Source: Callorhinchus milii (lineage: Eukaryota). Taken from it: DNA of 64,000 bases. Made by a program: the position numbers and the translations under genes. The notes beneath the pieces are model-generated. The model saw only the letters and a list, made by a program, of their open reading frames with translations. It had not been told where the DNA came from and ran no database searches. Shown piece after piece: positions 39,031-50,570 of the stretch (position 1 is its first letter; every line of letters starts with the position of its first letter). Where the stretch lies: positions 9,982,001 through 10,046,000 of the forward strand of contig NW_024704757.1 of the NCBI RefSeq assembly GCF_018977255.1. The letters are read 5' to 3'.

Positions 39031-39891
39031 TGCTGCATCCTGGTTTCATTCCTACCTATCCCAGCATCTCCACTTTGTCTCATTAAACAGTTTCTCCCCC
39101 CTTCCCCACACAGCAGCCACATGCACATTCCTCGGGGCTTTAATTTGGCACTAAATTGTCTATTACTGGACCACATAGTGAATGGATGAGGAAAAATAGA
39201 AAATCACCTCTGCTTAGAAATGGAATTTTCAAGTATATTGATAGATCTTGTAGTGGTAACTTTGCTTTGTATCTAACATGTGCTGTACTTGACCTGGGTT
39301 TATAGGACGGGCCACTAAAGAGGAGGTTTATACGGTAGCTAATGAAGGTTGTGTCTGACACCAAGGATATCTAACCTGTGCTGTACCTCCCTAACTTGCG
39401 AGTGCTGAGTATATAAGTACTCAAAACATTCTGGTCTCAATATCTGTCACTCTATTGAGTACAAATAGATGCATCTCCCTCTTCTCCTCCATAACAAAAT
39501 ATTCAAAATTTGTATAAATATGTGTGAATAGTGAGACTATTGAGCATAAAATAATATTTTTTTGGGCCCAGAAGCTTGAAGATGATGTGAATTTGGCTTC
39601 TAACTACACAACTGTCATTCAAAAAACTTTTTATAGGCTGAAATGGTGAGCAGGTGTGGCTTAGGAATGTAGAAACTAAAGCACTAGAGAAATAACAAAG
39701 CCATGTGCCAAAATATGCACAAAAATTGGGTAACAATGTTTTCATGGGACGTGAGTAAACTTGTGGAGCATTAGCAAATGTACAATATGTACTGAACCAC
39801 TAACTTGCTGGTGATGGTCAAGAAAAATGCTTTCTGTCCATCACCATCTCCACCTTATGGTAAGGTCCATTATTCTTTCACTTAGAATAAT

Positions 39892-40043
39892 AATTCACCC
39901 ACTCAATCCACAACTGTTTGTGTGCAATTAGCTGACGCACTTCGCCCTCAAAATATACAGTCAATTTACTTTACAGTATGTTCTGTGAAGACATCTCAAA
40001 GACTTGATAAAAGCGCTATATCAAATACAAGGATTATTATTAT
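39892..40043 (+). mobile_element. 3' half of the (ATT)n-tailed SINE
   Basis: cactcaatccacaactgtttgtg...gcgctatatcaaatacaaggattattattat. Confidence 0.8.
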
Positions 40044-40852
40044 AGTGTTGCTTCTGGACTCAGCATAACCACCTCATAACAGTAAGAGCACAATGCATAT
40101 ACTGTGTTAATGTTTCCATTTAAAAATGTCTCCTTTAAGACCTGCAACAAACGACTAGGTGGAATTTCAACTGTTCTGCTTCCTTATTGACTAATGCACA
40201 GCGTGCTATACCACTGAACCTTTCAGATTACAATGGTTCCAGGTATAATTCCTGGTTTGTGCAGGTATCTGATTTGACCTGGAAGAGAGTTGGTAACTTT
40301 GGAGAGAGTGGTGGGGTGTGCTGGAGTTGGTCTCAATGCCTCTGGGGAAATGGGATAAATAAGACTGCTCAGCTACAAACGTATACTTATGAAGGAAACT
40401 CTTTTAGATATTTTGACAGTGAAATAAAGTACTATATCAAATGCAAGGATAATTATAAATTAAGACAGAGTGGTTGAGTGATGAGAATTTCATATCAACA
40501 ATAGTGACTTTGACATTGAACACTGCAATAGTTATCCAAGTAATTTTGCATCCTCACTGCACAGCCTTGCACATGAAGAATGATCAAATGAGTAAAGTAC
40601 CAAGGAGCTGCTCAATCAGTGGCACCAAGAGGTTAACAGACTGTATGAACATCAAACAGCCAGCAGAGAGTGTAGGGCTGCAGTTCAAGCTCTGAATTTT
40701 CTATTGGAACACATTCGTTGAATAGTCAAACTTTAGTTATTCTGTACCTTGCACTATTACAAAGCTCCTGGGTATGTAAGATACAGATATTCAAATTTGT
40801 GCAGGTTAAAAGGTATATTTATTTTCAGGTAAAACTCTAGCTTGCTGACAGA

Positions 40853-41215
40853 CAACAGCAATAACTTGCATTGATATAGCACCCCTCACGCAGTGTACTG
40901 TCCCAGAGCGCTTGACGGTGGCGGAGCATGGTGCTGAGCTGAGGGGAGGTGACTATAGGCAGGGTCGAAGAGGAAGGTCTTCAAGCCCGATCTGAAGATG
41001 GAGAAAGAAGGGGCAAGGATAGAGGAAGAGTGTTCCAGAGTTTTGGGGGTATAGTGACTGAAACACAGCCACCGATGGTGGAACGGAGGGCATGAGGGGC
41101 ATGCAGGAGGCTGGAGCCAGTCAAGTGGTGGCAGAGGGTAGGGGGGGTTGGGGAATAAGCACGTCGGAGAGGTGGGGAGATGGCAGGGCATGAAGATATT
41201 TGAAGACACATCAGA
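40853..41215 (-). mobile_element. L2 LINE 3' fragment
   Basis: Minus-strand ORFs contain PKLWNTLP and FRSGLKTFLFDPAY; caacagcaataacttgcattgatatagcacc tail. Confidence 0.8.
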
Positions 41216-42557
41216 TTCAACTCTTGCATTCCTAGTATTGCTTACAAATGTTAAATTAGGCTTGATCAAAAATGTTTGGATGCAGTAGATTGTATCAAAA
41301 TACTCCAGATCCAGGGGTTATTTTACAGATTATTATATGGGGTGGGCCCCATTTGCTGGATTCTTTCTTCATGTTTTTCCTGTTGACATGTCAAAGAACC
41401 AATGTGGGACCAGGCACATGTTGGTGATATTTTCTCTTTACACCCCAACCCTCATATGCAAGAATCATTGAACTCCTCATTCACTCTTTCCCAGCACCTC
41501 AAAACTGTGGTCATTCCTTTCCTCATTCTGTCCTTCCTTCCACAATCTAATGATTTAGCATCAGCTAACCACCCCTCTCCATTGTTGCATCTAATTTTCA
41601 ACCTTGATACTGAAGTGCTCTGTGGCCTTTCACTGTTCTTTCTCAGCTGTGCCAAATAGTGTCATCTGAAGCAGTCGAGACTGCCGCAAACCAATTTAAC
41701 CCGGAAAACTTAATGCTTGTGGAGAAAGAGAAAATTGGGCCAGATTGGGTCTAGTCCACTGGAAGTCAGTCCTGCAAAATCTTAAAGACAGTCACAAAAC
41801 AAAGGCCCGTGGGATGTTTTTCTTTGTTGCAGTGTGATTACGTTTGCCATTCTCTATAGCAGGGAACCAATTTTTTTAAAAAAGTGAAGCATTTAAAATC
41901 ATCAGCAGTAGCAAATTCTGTCATTACAAGCAGAAGTGTGGAAGAAAGAAAGCTCTGGAGAAATTATTCACCCCCAAATTTAGTTGAGTTGCAAATCTCC
42001 CAGTGGCATACTCGGCTTCAGAATCTGCAGGCTGAGGACAAGGTGAAAGGAAGTCTTCCAGATATCAATCATTTTGTCTTTTTGTGCTGCTTTGAGCTTA
42101 TGAATGACAAATTATGAGTGAAAGGCCAGTGATTAATGCTGAACAAAGCTTGGCATCTCTGGCCAGGTTGTAATGTGACTAAGCCACACAAATACCTTTA
42201 GGCTCAATGCAGCTGGTGTAACAAAAGGTGCATTTATTCAATGCAGTCAGTTGCTTGGGCTCATTGCAATACGTGGGCAAAATGTTGGTGCAGTGAATGT
42301 ACTTAGAGAATAATATGGAAAGAATTAATTAGAGATAAAGTAGTAGATGTTTGTGACAGAATAAATGGTGGAGATGAGGAATTTCTCATTTAAACAGAGA
42401 AGCAGGTGATCCGTCCAGCATTAACAAGTTTATAAAGAGCTCTAAAGATCTGAGTGCTGAGGAGGAGAAACAGCCCAGGAGGGGCTGTTATACTGTTCTC
42501 CTCTTATTGTCAAGAGCCAGTGATGCTTGCTGATTGCAGTTCCGTAACCACTATAAG

Positions 42558-42885
42558 AAGGAGTTTGCCATACATTAGCTTCTTCCTTACAGTCTGGGTT
42601 GGTTTCTGCAGCCCTGGGCCACGACAGTCTCAACACTTGGCCTGAGCTCTATAACACTTCAGTCACTCTGGCATGGGCTTCCGCTCACACTGTGTTTAAG
42701 AAAGAGTCTGACAAAACCCCTTCATTATTTAAAACAAAGTCTGAACAGTTCGACTGATGTGGTATTTTCAGGCTTGTTATAGTTGAAATGGCAGCTGTAA
42801 ATGTATCAGTCATCAGTAAAATGGAAAGGCAGGAAAACTCTGTTATAACAAGCTGTGTTATTCCAAACTGCTTGTTCCCATCATC
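42558..42885 (+). repeat. Unclassified duplicated element Y, copy 2
   Basis: Direct homology to 25291-25626. Confidence 0.9.
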
Positions 42886-42998
42886 TTTCTCAACTCAGCA
42901 GATCAAACCTCAAAACAGCAAGAAAATCACTGTAGTTTATGAGGGTGAGGTGTGTTCATAGTGTAAAATTTCTATTCATTACCTCACACCGTCTAACA

Positions 42999-43189
42999 CA
43001 GTGGTGGCCAACCTTTACGGTCGGCCAACAAATTACATTTTCGTGATTGAATTTCTGAATATTTCTTGGTATATGCCATCAATCAAGAAACATTCAATCA
43101 AGAAAAAACTGAAAACAAACTACTGATCAATGGGTCGATAACACAGACTTCCCCACTTCTGGCTCGCAGACATAGGTTGGCCACCACTG
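42999..43189. mobile_element. hAT (Charlie-type) MITE, 191 bp
   Basis: Perfect 16-bp TIRs CAGTGGTGGCCAACCT/AGGTTGGCCACCACTG; 8-bp TSD gtctaaca/atctaaca (7/8). Confidence 0.92.
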
Positions 43190-43372
43190 ATCTAACAGTT
43201 AACATTTTTCATTCTTTTTAGCTTTTTTTCCCCTCTCCTGTAGATATTGGCTTGTTTTGGTACGGTTTTGTAAGTCCTGGCAGCCTGCAGGTACCTCACT
43301 CCAGTTTCTGTTTTTCACCTGTGACTCTAGATGAGCAAGCGAGCACAGACAGGAAATTGGATGGTGGGGTGC

Positions 43373-43431
43373 AAAAATATATGCGAGTGAATAGTACCAG
43401 ACTGGTTCTATTCACTCACTCATATATTTTT
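43373..43431. repeat. 59-bp near-perfect palindrome
   Basis: aaaaatatatgcgagtgaatagtaccag-a-ctggttctattcactcactcatatattttt. Confidence 0.9.
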
Positions 43432-43729
43432 CTGGCTCAATTTTCATCGTCGTCGTCCCCGCAGCCCAAGGGTTCTAAGACCTATTGTTAAGATCGGCTA
43501 ACGCAATGCAGATTAAGAATCAAATTGCACGCAGCACAACAGTCAGCCACAATGGCCCACTCAGACACCGCTCGCCAGGGAGGTCTATAACCCCTTCCGC
43601 AAAGCTCACTCCAACCCACAGGGTGCACAAAATATGTGGTGAAGCAGAACAATAGATAAATGTATGAGAATCTGTGGTAACTGAGAACAATTGCATTCAG
43701 TAAAGACTGCCTCTCGTCTCTTCCCCCAG

Positions 43730-43804
43730 ATTGTGAATCCTACTGCAAACCTCCAAAAGGAAACCTGAAAATCAATATGAAAAAGTATTGCAAGAAAGAT
43801 TACG
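43730..43804 (+). CDS. NTN3: Netrin exon, start of NTR/C345C domain
   Basis: Acceptor ctcttcccccag, donor gtaagg; 75 nt, phase 1-1. Translates (D)[24 protein letters not shown]. Confidence 0.95.
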
Positions 43805-44459
43805 GTAAGGTCCATTTATATTGGATGTACTATTTATATTGTTGTTGGCACGATCCCATGTTTTACAGGATTAGCACAAAGTATAAAAATGTGCAGAAAC
43901 TATGGATGTCAGCACATCTCATGGTAGTTACTATCACAGCCTACCTTCACAAGAAATAGCTGATGAAAATTTGTATCTAATAAAAACAACAGTGGAGGTG
44001 CATTATTGAGATGTCTCAATCTTTCATTTTTTATGGATGTTGGCTCTTCCATGATTCTGTAGCTCGAAAACTGTTTTGGTTGGATGAAAAATAATTGAAA
44101 TACACTTTATTGACCCTCTGTCTCTGTAGCTGCTCTCACTCTCTTTCACTGCATTAACACTCGCATGCTTCCCTTTTCTCTTTATACACTAGTGAGCCTA
44201 TTGCCCCATTCTTCAGTGGCTCAAGTTCATGATCCTCTTTCTCATGTCCAAATCACTCTACCATCTCACCCCATCCTTCCAACCTCCTTCAACTATCCCG
44301 ACCCATCCCGGAGTCCCTCCGACCTGCTCTCTCTCCTCCCCTTGTTCAAGGCCTGTCTCAAGACATACCTCTTTTGGTCATCTTTCCCTTCCCCAACCCC
44401 TTTAGCTCCAATTAGCAGCAAGCATTGTCAGAAGATTGGGGACATCCTCCCGATGTCTA

Positions 44460-44566
44460 CAGGGTGATCAAAAAGTTGTGATATCTACCCTATTATCTAA
44501 AAAAAACATAATTTCTTTAAGACTAATTGGGCATTGTAATGGCATCACAACTTTTTGGTCATCCTG
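44460..44566. mobile_element. Tc1/mariner-type MITE, 107 bp
   Basis: TA|CAGGGTGATCAAAAAGTTGTGAT...ATCACAACTTTTTGGTCATCCTG|TA; 23-bp TIRs matching 21/23; TA TSD. Confidence 0.9.
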
Positions 44567-44848
44567 TATAACAACAATAACTTGCATTTATTTTGCGCGC
44601 TTCATGCGAACCTAGAATCATAACTAGAGGAAGAGAAGTAGATTTCGGTGTCATCCAGAAGAAGTTATGCTCATTTCTGAAGATGTTTTGAAATATATAG
44701 TCCAACCAAAATGCTGAACATTTTAAACAAGTGTTTTTCTTTTTTTGGACCGCAATGAAAGGACATTTGTTAATGGTTATCAGATGCTGTAAGATCCTGA
44801 GTTTATTCCTGACTAATTTTTGTGTTTTCCTTCCCTTCGACAATCCAG

Positions 44849-45180
44849 CTGTTCAGGTCAGTGTTCTAGATATGGAGACTGTGGGTGACTGGGCAAAGTT
44901 CACGGTGAATATTGTGTCCGTGTACAAGAGCAGGGATGAGCGCATTAAACGGGGTGATCAGTTCCTATGGATTAACATGAAGGACCTGGCCTGCAAGTGT
45001 CCAAAAATTCAGATGACAAAAAAGTACCTGGTGATGGGCAACACCGACAGCTCGTCTGAGCGGCTAGGTGGACTGGTGGCTGATAAGAACAGCCTTGTCA
45101 TTCAGTGGCGGGATGTCTGGACAAGACGACTTCGGAAATTCCAACGGAAAGAGAAGAAAGGAAAATGTGGGAAGGCTTGA
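44849..45180 (+). CDS. NTN3: Netrin last coding exon, NTR/C345C domain to stop
   Basis: Acceptor ccttcgacaatccag; (A)[40 protein letters not shown]...[23 protein letters not shown] at 45178-45180. METV..WAKF, RDER.KRGD, KYLVMG and DKNSL match my recollection of chick netrin-2/NTN3 rather than NTN1. The paralog call is less certain than the family call. Confidence 0.95.
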
Positions 45181-46988
45181 GACAATTGCTTGGGAAAGAC
45201 TCTGTATGTCTATAGCACCGTGGGCCACAATGTAAATAAGACACTTTTCTTTCAAGATATTTACCTTTCAGAACTGCCAGAAGAACCTTTGATCAGAAGG
45301 AAGAGACTGGAGGCAGTAAACAATAATATGATATTCAATCCAGTGTATTACGGCAATGGCAGATTACTGACAAGAATGCTTTTAGAGATCAGTCTACCCT
45401 TTCCAGAATGAGATCACTTAATCACTGTCAACATACAAAATCAGGCTACAATCCTGATCTGATTCCCAGATGCTGAGTTGGGTTCAACCTGCTCAATGCC
45501 CTTACCCTGATACTTTTCTCCTTTGAATGCTGTCTGTGATTGGTTAGCTGTCCCAACTGAAGCCTATCTTGCTGCTTGTTTATTTGGTTTCTTAGTTTGC
45601 AAACTATTACAATTAACTACTGGCAAGAGGCAAAATTGTTTCTGTGTGTTGTGTGTGGTATGTGTTATGTGTGTGAATGTAAGTGAACCCTACTTCTGTA
45701 AATATGGACTGGTTCCAGTTATCTTGTTTTTAAAAAAAATTGGCATAAGCAGGCAGTCTGTTAACATTGCATTTGAACCTATATTGAAAAAATCCATCTT
45801 AAAGGATCCATTAGTACAAAGCAGCTCTGACCCACGGTATTCTAATCCTCCACTGAAACAGCACGTATTGACATCCAGTGGCCCATTGCACACGCCCGAA
45901 AAGCTCTAGCAGTAACAGTTCACGGCAACACTATCAAATTTACTCTGTTCTCCAATCAAACATTTACCTATGCCTCATTAATAATAAACCCTTTAAAATA
46001 TACTACTGTTATACATCTAAGACACCATACATAGCTTCTGATATAAAAGCCATTGTATCTGAAAAATCTACCAACCCTTAATGGTTGTAATATCAGTTTC
46101 CAGATTTATGTACACGATGGTTTCAGATGCTTCACTGGCTAAAAAATCCCATAAAACATGTTCTTTAGAAGGCACTCGCTGAAATGTAGTTTGTCTATAA
46201 CTTTCAAAGGGTAATATTATATCTGCTGCATCCTGCATCCTGTATTCCATCCAAAGATAGGAGAAATGGCAAATTTGTGAGCTCCATAAGCCATCATATG
46301 CTGACAGATCTAAGGAACCAAGTGAATTTATTGCAAGCTATGTACCGCGAGTCTGGTCGCTACTCAGCCTAAAATACAAGTCTAACTAGTTTTACTCAGA
46401 TTACCACAAAAAAGTAATGTAATTAAATATTTTTAGAAAGGAACTATCCCATAAAATTAAACGATTATGCAATTATAAACCAGGTTGCATTCATTCTATT
46501 TGTGATGAGAGTGATCTCAGACAATGACGTCGCAATCTGCCCGCAACATCCAGCAATGGCAATTAATCCTTAGCACCCAATATACTGTACAAGCCACACA
46601 ATGCACTGGCTGACTGAGTGCAAGGCATTTTAACAAGGGCAAAAGTGACGAGGAGAAAGTAGTGGAAGTATAAATAATGTTGCGTAGATACCAATGTAAT
46701 TTTTTCATAAGTCATGTTGCAAGAAATGGGATTGGTTTGGATCTTTAGTTCTGAATGCTAACCCTCTCTTGAGGACTGCTTGATGTACTTTTTTAAACTC
46801 TAACCTCTCTGTTGACTGTGTAAAGCATTGAACTCAGTTCCTTATGCTTGTAGGTGCACAGAGCAATTGCATTCTCACTGAGGGAGATTAGAAAGGAGTA
46901 GTTGAAAAAGAGAATGCAAATTGCAATCAGGGTAAGGGATGCTCTTCTGAGATGAGATTTTAGGCATATGTATTGAGCAGTGTAGAGA

Positions 46989-47461
46989 AGCTTTACTTCG
47001 TAACCCATGTTGTACTTGATCTTAGAGTGCTGGATAGAATTAGTATAGAGGAGCTTTTTTTGTAGCTAACCTGTACTATACCCATCTGGGAGTGCGTCAA
47101 GATGGTTTATTCTCCACTAATAACTCACCCATAACTGCATTTTCAGACTGTAACATTTAAGGCCCACAGTGCTCCACAATCATAATTGTTGATTGTGAAG
47201 AAGGAAAGTACAATAACTGTTAAAACAATTGTGAAACATGCTTTTAAAGTCATCAATTGTGAGCTCCACAGCTTGAAAGCCTAAAGTATGCAATTTGTGT
47301 ATATACTACTGATCTTTTCTCTCTTTCCCCCACCCCCTTACACTGATAGGAGCTTTACTTTGTAACCCATGCTGTACTTGACCTGAGAGTGCTGGATAGT
47401 ATAGAGGGAGCTTTTTTTTGTAGCTAACCTGTACTATACCCATCTGGGAGTGTGTCAAGAT
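46989..47461 (+). repeat. Local direct duplication of about 112 bp (46989-47103 and 47351-47461)
   Basis: The copies share the exact block gtagctaacctgtactatacccatctgggagtg. Confidence 0.9.
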
Positions 47462-48669
47462 AGTCCAAGCTGCCCTGCTTACTGAAGGGTCTTCATCGAT
47501 CATAGAATCTCATGTTATTGAGGTATGGACTGAGCCCAGAGTTTGCCCAAACTGGCCACTCTCTGAGCTGGGTCTGATGCTTCTATAAAACAAAACAATT
47601 GACACAAATGTGCAGAAGGAACAACATGTCTCCTGTTTGCAGTCTATCATTATTTCCAATGTTCAGATGAACTGTTGCTGCTGTAGTGTGACTGGGCCCA
47701 GTCTCTGAAGTAAAGTGTAAAACTTTATAAAATATATATTATATATACACACATCTATATATAAATCTACCTGCTCTGCGGTGGTTGCACGTGACTCTGG
47801 AAGATCACGTTAATGGAAAAAAATGAATTGCCTTTTACACGCTCTCAGTCAGCCTTGGTCTAAATAGATTTGGAAGTGAGACATGTACTTTCAGAGCTAG
47901 GTTTGCATACCATCGAACTGGGGAGATAAACACTGTGTTGTTGTGGTCACATGTGCACCAGATTCCCAATGATTTGGAAGGGGGAGCAAGGAGTTGTATG
48001 TGGTCTTCAAGACTATCCTTTCAGCAAAACTCCTCCGTGTTATTTTTGTTTTTGTGATTCTATTCATGTTGCCATTTGTTCTGTCCACAAGATATTCTCG
48101 ACTGACTCACTCCTGAAACTGCAGAATAATTTCATCTGAATTGAAGGAGCATGGTTAATGGCCACCATTTTGACTATACAATTAATGCAAACAAGTCCCT
48201 CGGGGCTGGAGGAACGCTGTTTCCCAATTTCCTCTTCTGCTACAGGCTTTGCATTGAGAGCAATTTTATTTCAGGTTGCTTTATATCTGCACCCAGTGTG
48301 TAAATAAATCCAAACACCATCCTGTGTAGTGCGCTGGTGCTCTTGAAGGGGGGAAGGAATTGTCATTTTGTGAAGATTTTCAATTGAAATAACCTTGCAA
48401 CCCACAGAATGTAATAATGATCCAATCAATGAGAAAACAGAGGCTAACATATACACTAACCAGATTGGGACACATTGGATCGAGTCTCCACCTTGGCTCC
48501 TTATAGCCACAGACTATGATGTCAGTTGTCCTTCCGAGGTTAGCCTGTGCTTCAGATTGTCTCCACTACAAGCTTTTCAATACAGCATGGCAAGTTCTGA
48601 CTCCTGTAAATTTGCATGAGATTTTTTTTTAGCTTGTTTATTTATGTGATTTTTTTAATGTTTATATGA

Positions 48670-48675
48670 AATAAA
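48670..48675 (+). promoter_or_regulatory. Candidate polyadenylation signal AATAAA
   Basis: AATAAA with T-rich upstream sequence and a T/GT-rich downstream tract (tttattgagtttcctctgttatcttc). Confidence 0.45.
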
Positions 48676-48966
48676 AACTTTATTGAGTTTCCTCTGTTAT
48701 CTTCTTGACTGTGCTGCATAAAATGCAGTGAAACTCCATTGGACATAACTGACATAGTCCCTTTGACTCGACGCATTTGGACCACATTGCCCGCTATGGC
48801 TGCCTGGGTGGGTTGTGTTCCGATTGTGATATGGTATCGTTGATGGTATTGTTGCTTGCAGTGTAAAAAGTGGGCATGGGCACTATCATGTGGCACCACA
48901 GTTGGCAATGTGGCAGCGAATGAGTAGAGTTTGAAAAAAGTGAATGTTTTTGTTAAATGAATAGAA

Positions 48967-48972
48967 ATTAAA
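48967..48972 (+). promoter_or_regulatory. Candidate distal polyadenylation signal ATTAAA
   Basis: ATTAAA followed about 20 nt later by GT-rich ttctttggtgtctttct. Confidence 0.35.
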
Positions 48973-50199
48973 AAAAGTTTTAAAAAAGTTCTTTGGTGTC
49001 TTTCTATTCTATTATTTCATGTGAAGTGTACAATGAATACCTGAGCAGGGAACATATTCAATGCAAAGGGATGGGGAGAAAAGATGAAGCATTGAAGAAT
49101 TGCCATAGATTTAACGGCAGAGCGAGGGGCCTGTTCATGGCAAAATGACCTTTTCCCTTCAGAACTCCCCTCCCTCCACAGTCGACGCAAAGCGTACCCT
49201 TTGCGCTACATCCAGTTGCTCCATCTCTTGGAGGAAAGTGCAAAAACCCTCTTGAACCTCCAGAAATCCATGCCCACTGTTCAAACCTTCTCTCCATAAA
49301 ATCTGTTCCACCCAGCCCTAGTTGCACAAAAATCATTGTGTCCCAGGGACTATTTGTTTACCTCTGTCTGCACCTAAATAATGATGCTTTCTTACACATA
49401 GGTTTTTTTTAAGTTAATCTAAACAGCATCCACTAAGTTTGTTTGGAATCTGTTCCATAGACCTACTGCTCTGTGAGGGAAAGATCTTTTTCATCTAAGT
49501 GCTGATTCAGGACTTTTATCATCAGCCTTTCCCCTTGAATTCCACTCTCTTCCAACACAAATAGGCTGCTGACCTGGATCATGTTCCCCTGAAAAGAAAC
49601 TGCTTAGTAATTGGGTGTTACTACCCTTTATTTGCCATTTTAATGGGATGCTATCCTAATGTTTCATCCTATTGGGAGATTCTCCAAATAATCGGCAAAC
49701 TTTGCAACATTGCTGACCTCACTGCAAAGTTATGCAGCCTAACTATGCCTTTCAAAACCAACAAAAAGATGAATGTATAGGATGAATTACCTTAATTACG
49801 CACGCTAGTTTCTGAAGGTTTACCTTTATATTCTGATTGTTGTCTCATAATCCATTTGAATACAGATCTGCACTGAAACACAGCATAGAAAATGGTTGCA
49901 GTTTTTAACTGCATCAGTGTGAGTGCAGCTTTCTTGGCTGCCACTTTTGCCTTTACTGTGGAGAATTCCAAGTGACTGATAGTTACCCAAGAGCTGGAAC
50001 CTGTTGAACCTCACATTGTAAGGATTGGGACAACTGCTTCAAACTGCCATGCAAATATATCCATATCAATTGGGAATTGTGGCATTGTTTTGGAGAGGAG
50101 AGCCACATAATGTAGAGCTAAGGGAGGAAAAATGGACATAGTGGAAGGGTCAGGTTACAAAATCCATATTTTAAAAAGCCTGCCTCATACTAACATAAG

Positions 50200-50570
50200 T
50201 AATCCTTGCATTTGATACAGCGCCTTATCACATCATCAAGATATCTCAAAGCTCTTCACAGGATAGACTGTAAGGTAAAGTAGCTGTGTGTCTTTTGCGG
50301 GCGAAAGCAGCAGCTAATTCGCGCACAGCAATGTCCCAAAAATAGTGAGTGACAATGTTTATTTGGGGATTGTTGGTCAGCACATCAGGACAAACTCCCT
50401 TCTCTTTTCAAATAGTGCCACAGGATCTTAACATCCACACGGGCAGGCTCACGGGTCTTCAGTTTAACATCTCATCCGAAGCATATCTGACAACACAGCA
50501 CATCCCCAGTACGGCATTGGTGTGTCAGCAGATTATATGGGATCCAATTCCCGACGTGGGGCTTGAATAT
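50200..50570 (-). mobile_element. Deu-domain SINE carrying the (ATT)n-type tail
   Basis: taatccttgcatttgatacagcgcc tail plus Deu core ggatcttaacatccacacgggcaggctcacgggtcttcagtttaacatctcatccgaa. Confidence 0.8.

Larger units (their letters stand above)
45181..48990 (+). other. Probable long 3' UTR of the netrin gene
   Basis: Follows the stop codon; AT/GT-rich with fewer large repeats. Candidate poly(A) hexamers at 45983, 48303, 48670 and 48967. The end point is inferred. Confidence 0.5.

Noticed and set aside
25127-42636. Nested antisense gene pair (MLRLAWPRFAETN / MLRLSWPRAAETN)
   Set aside because: GTG starts, similarity ends at the repeat Y boundary, there is a 1-nt indel next to the start, and the core shows no codon-position bias.
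44731-44848. N-terminal hydrophobic extension of the 149-aa ORF as a separate secreted NTR-only protein
   Set aside because: It is intron sequence and polypyrimidine tract, starts at a GTG, and a good acceptor at 44848 joins the upstream exon in frame.
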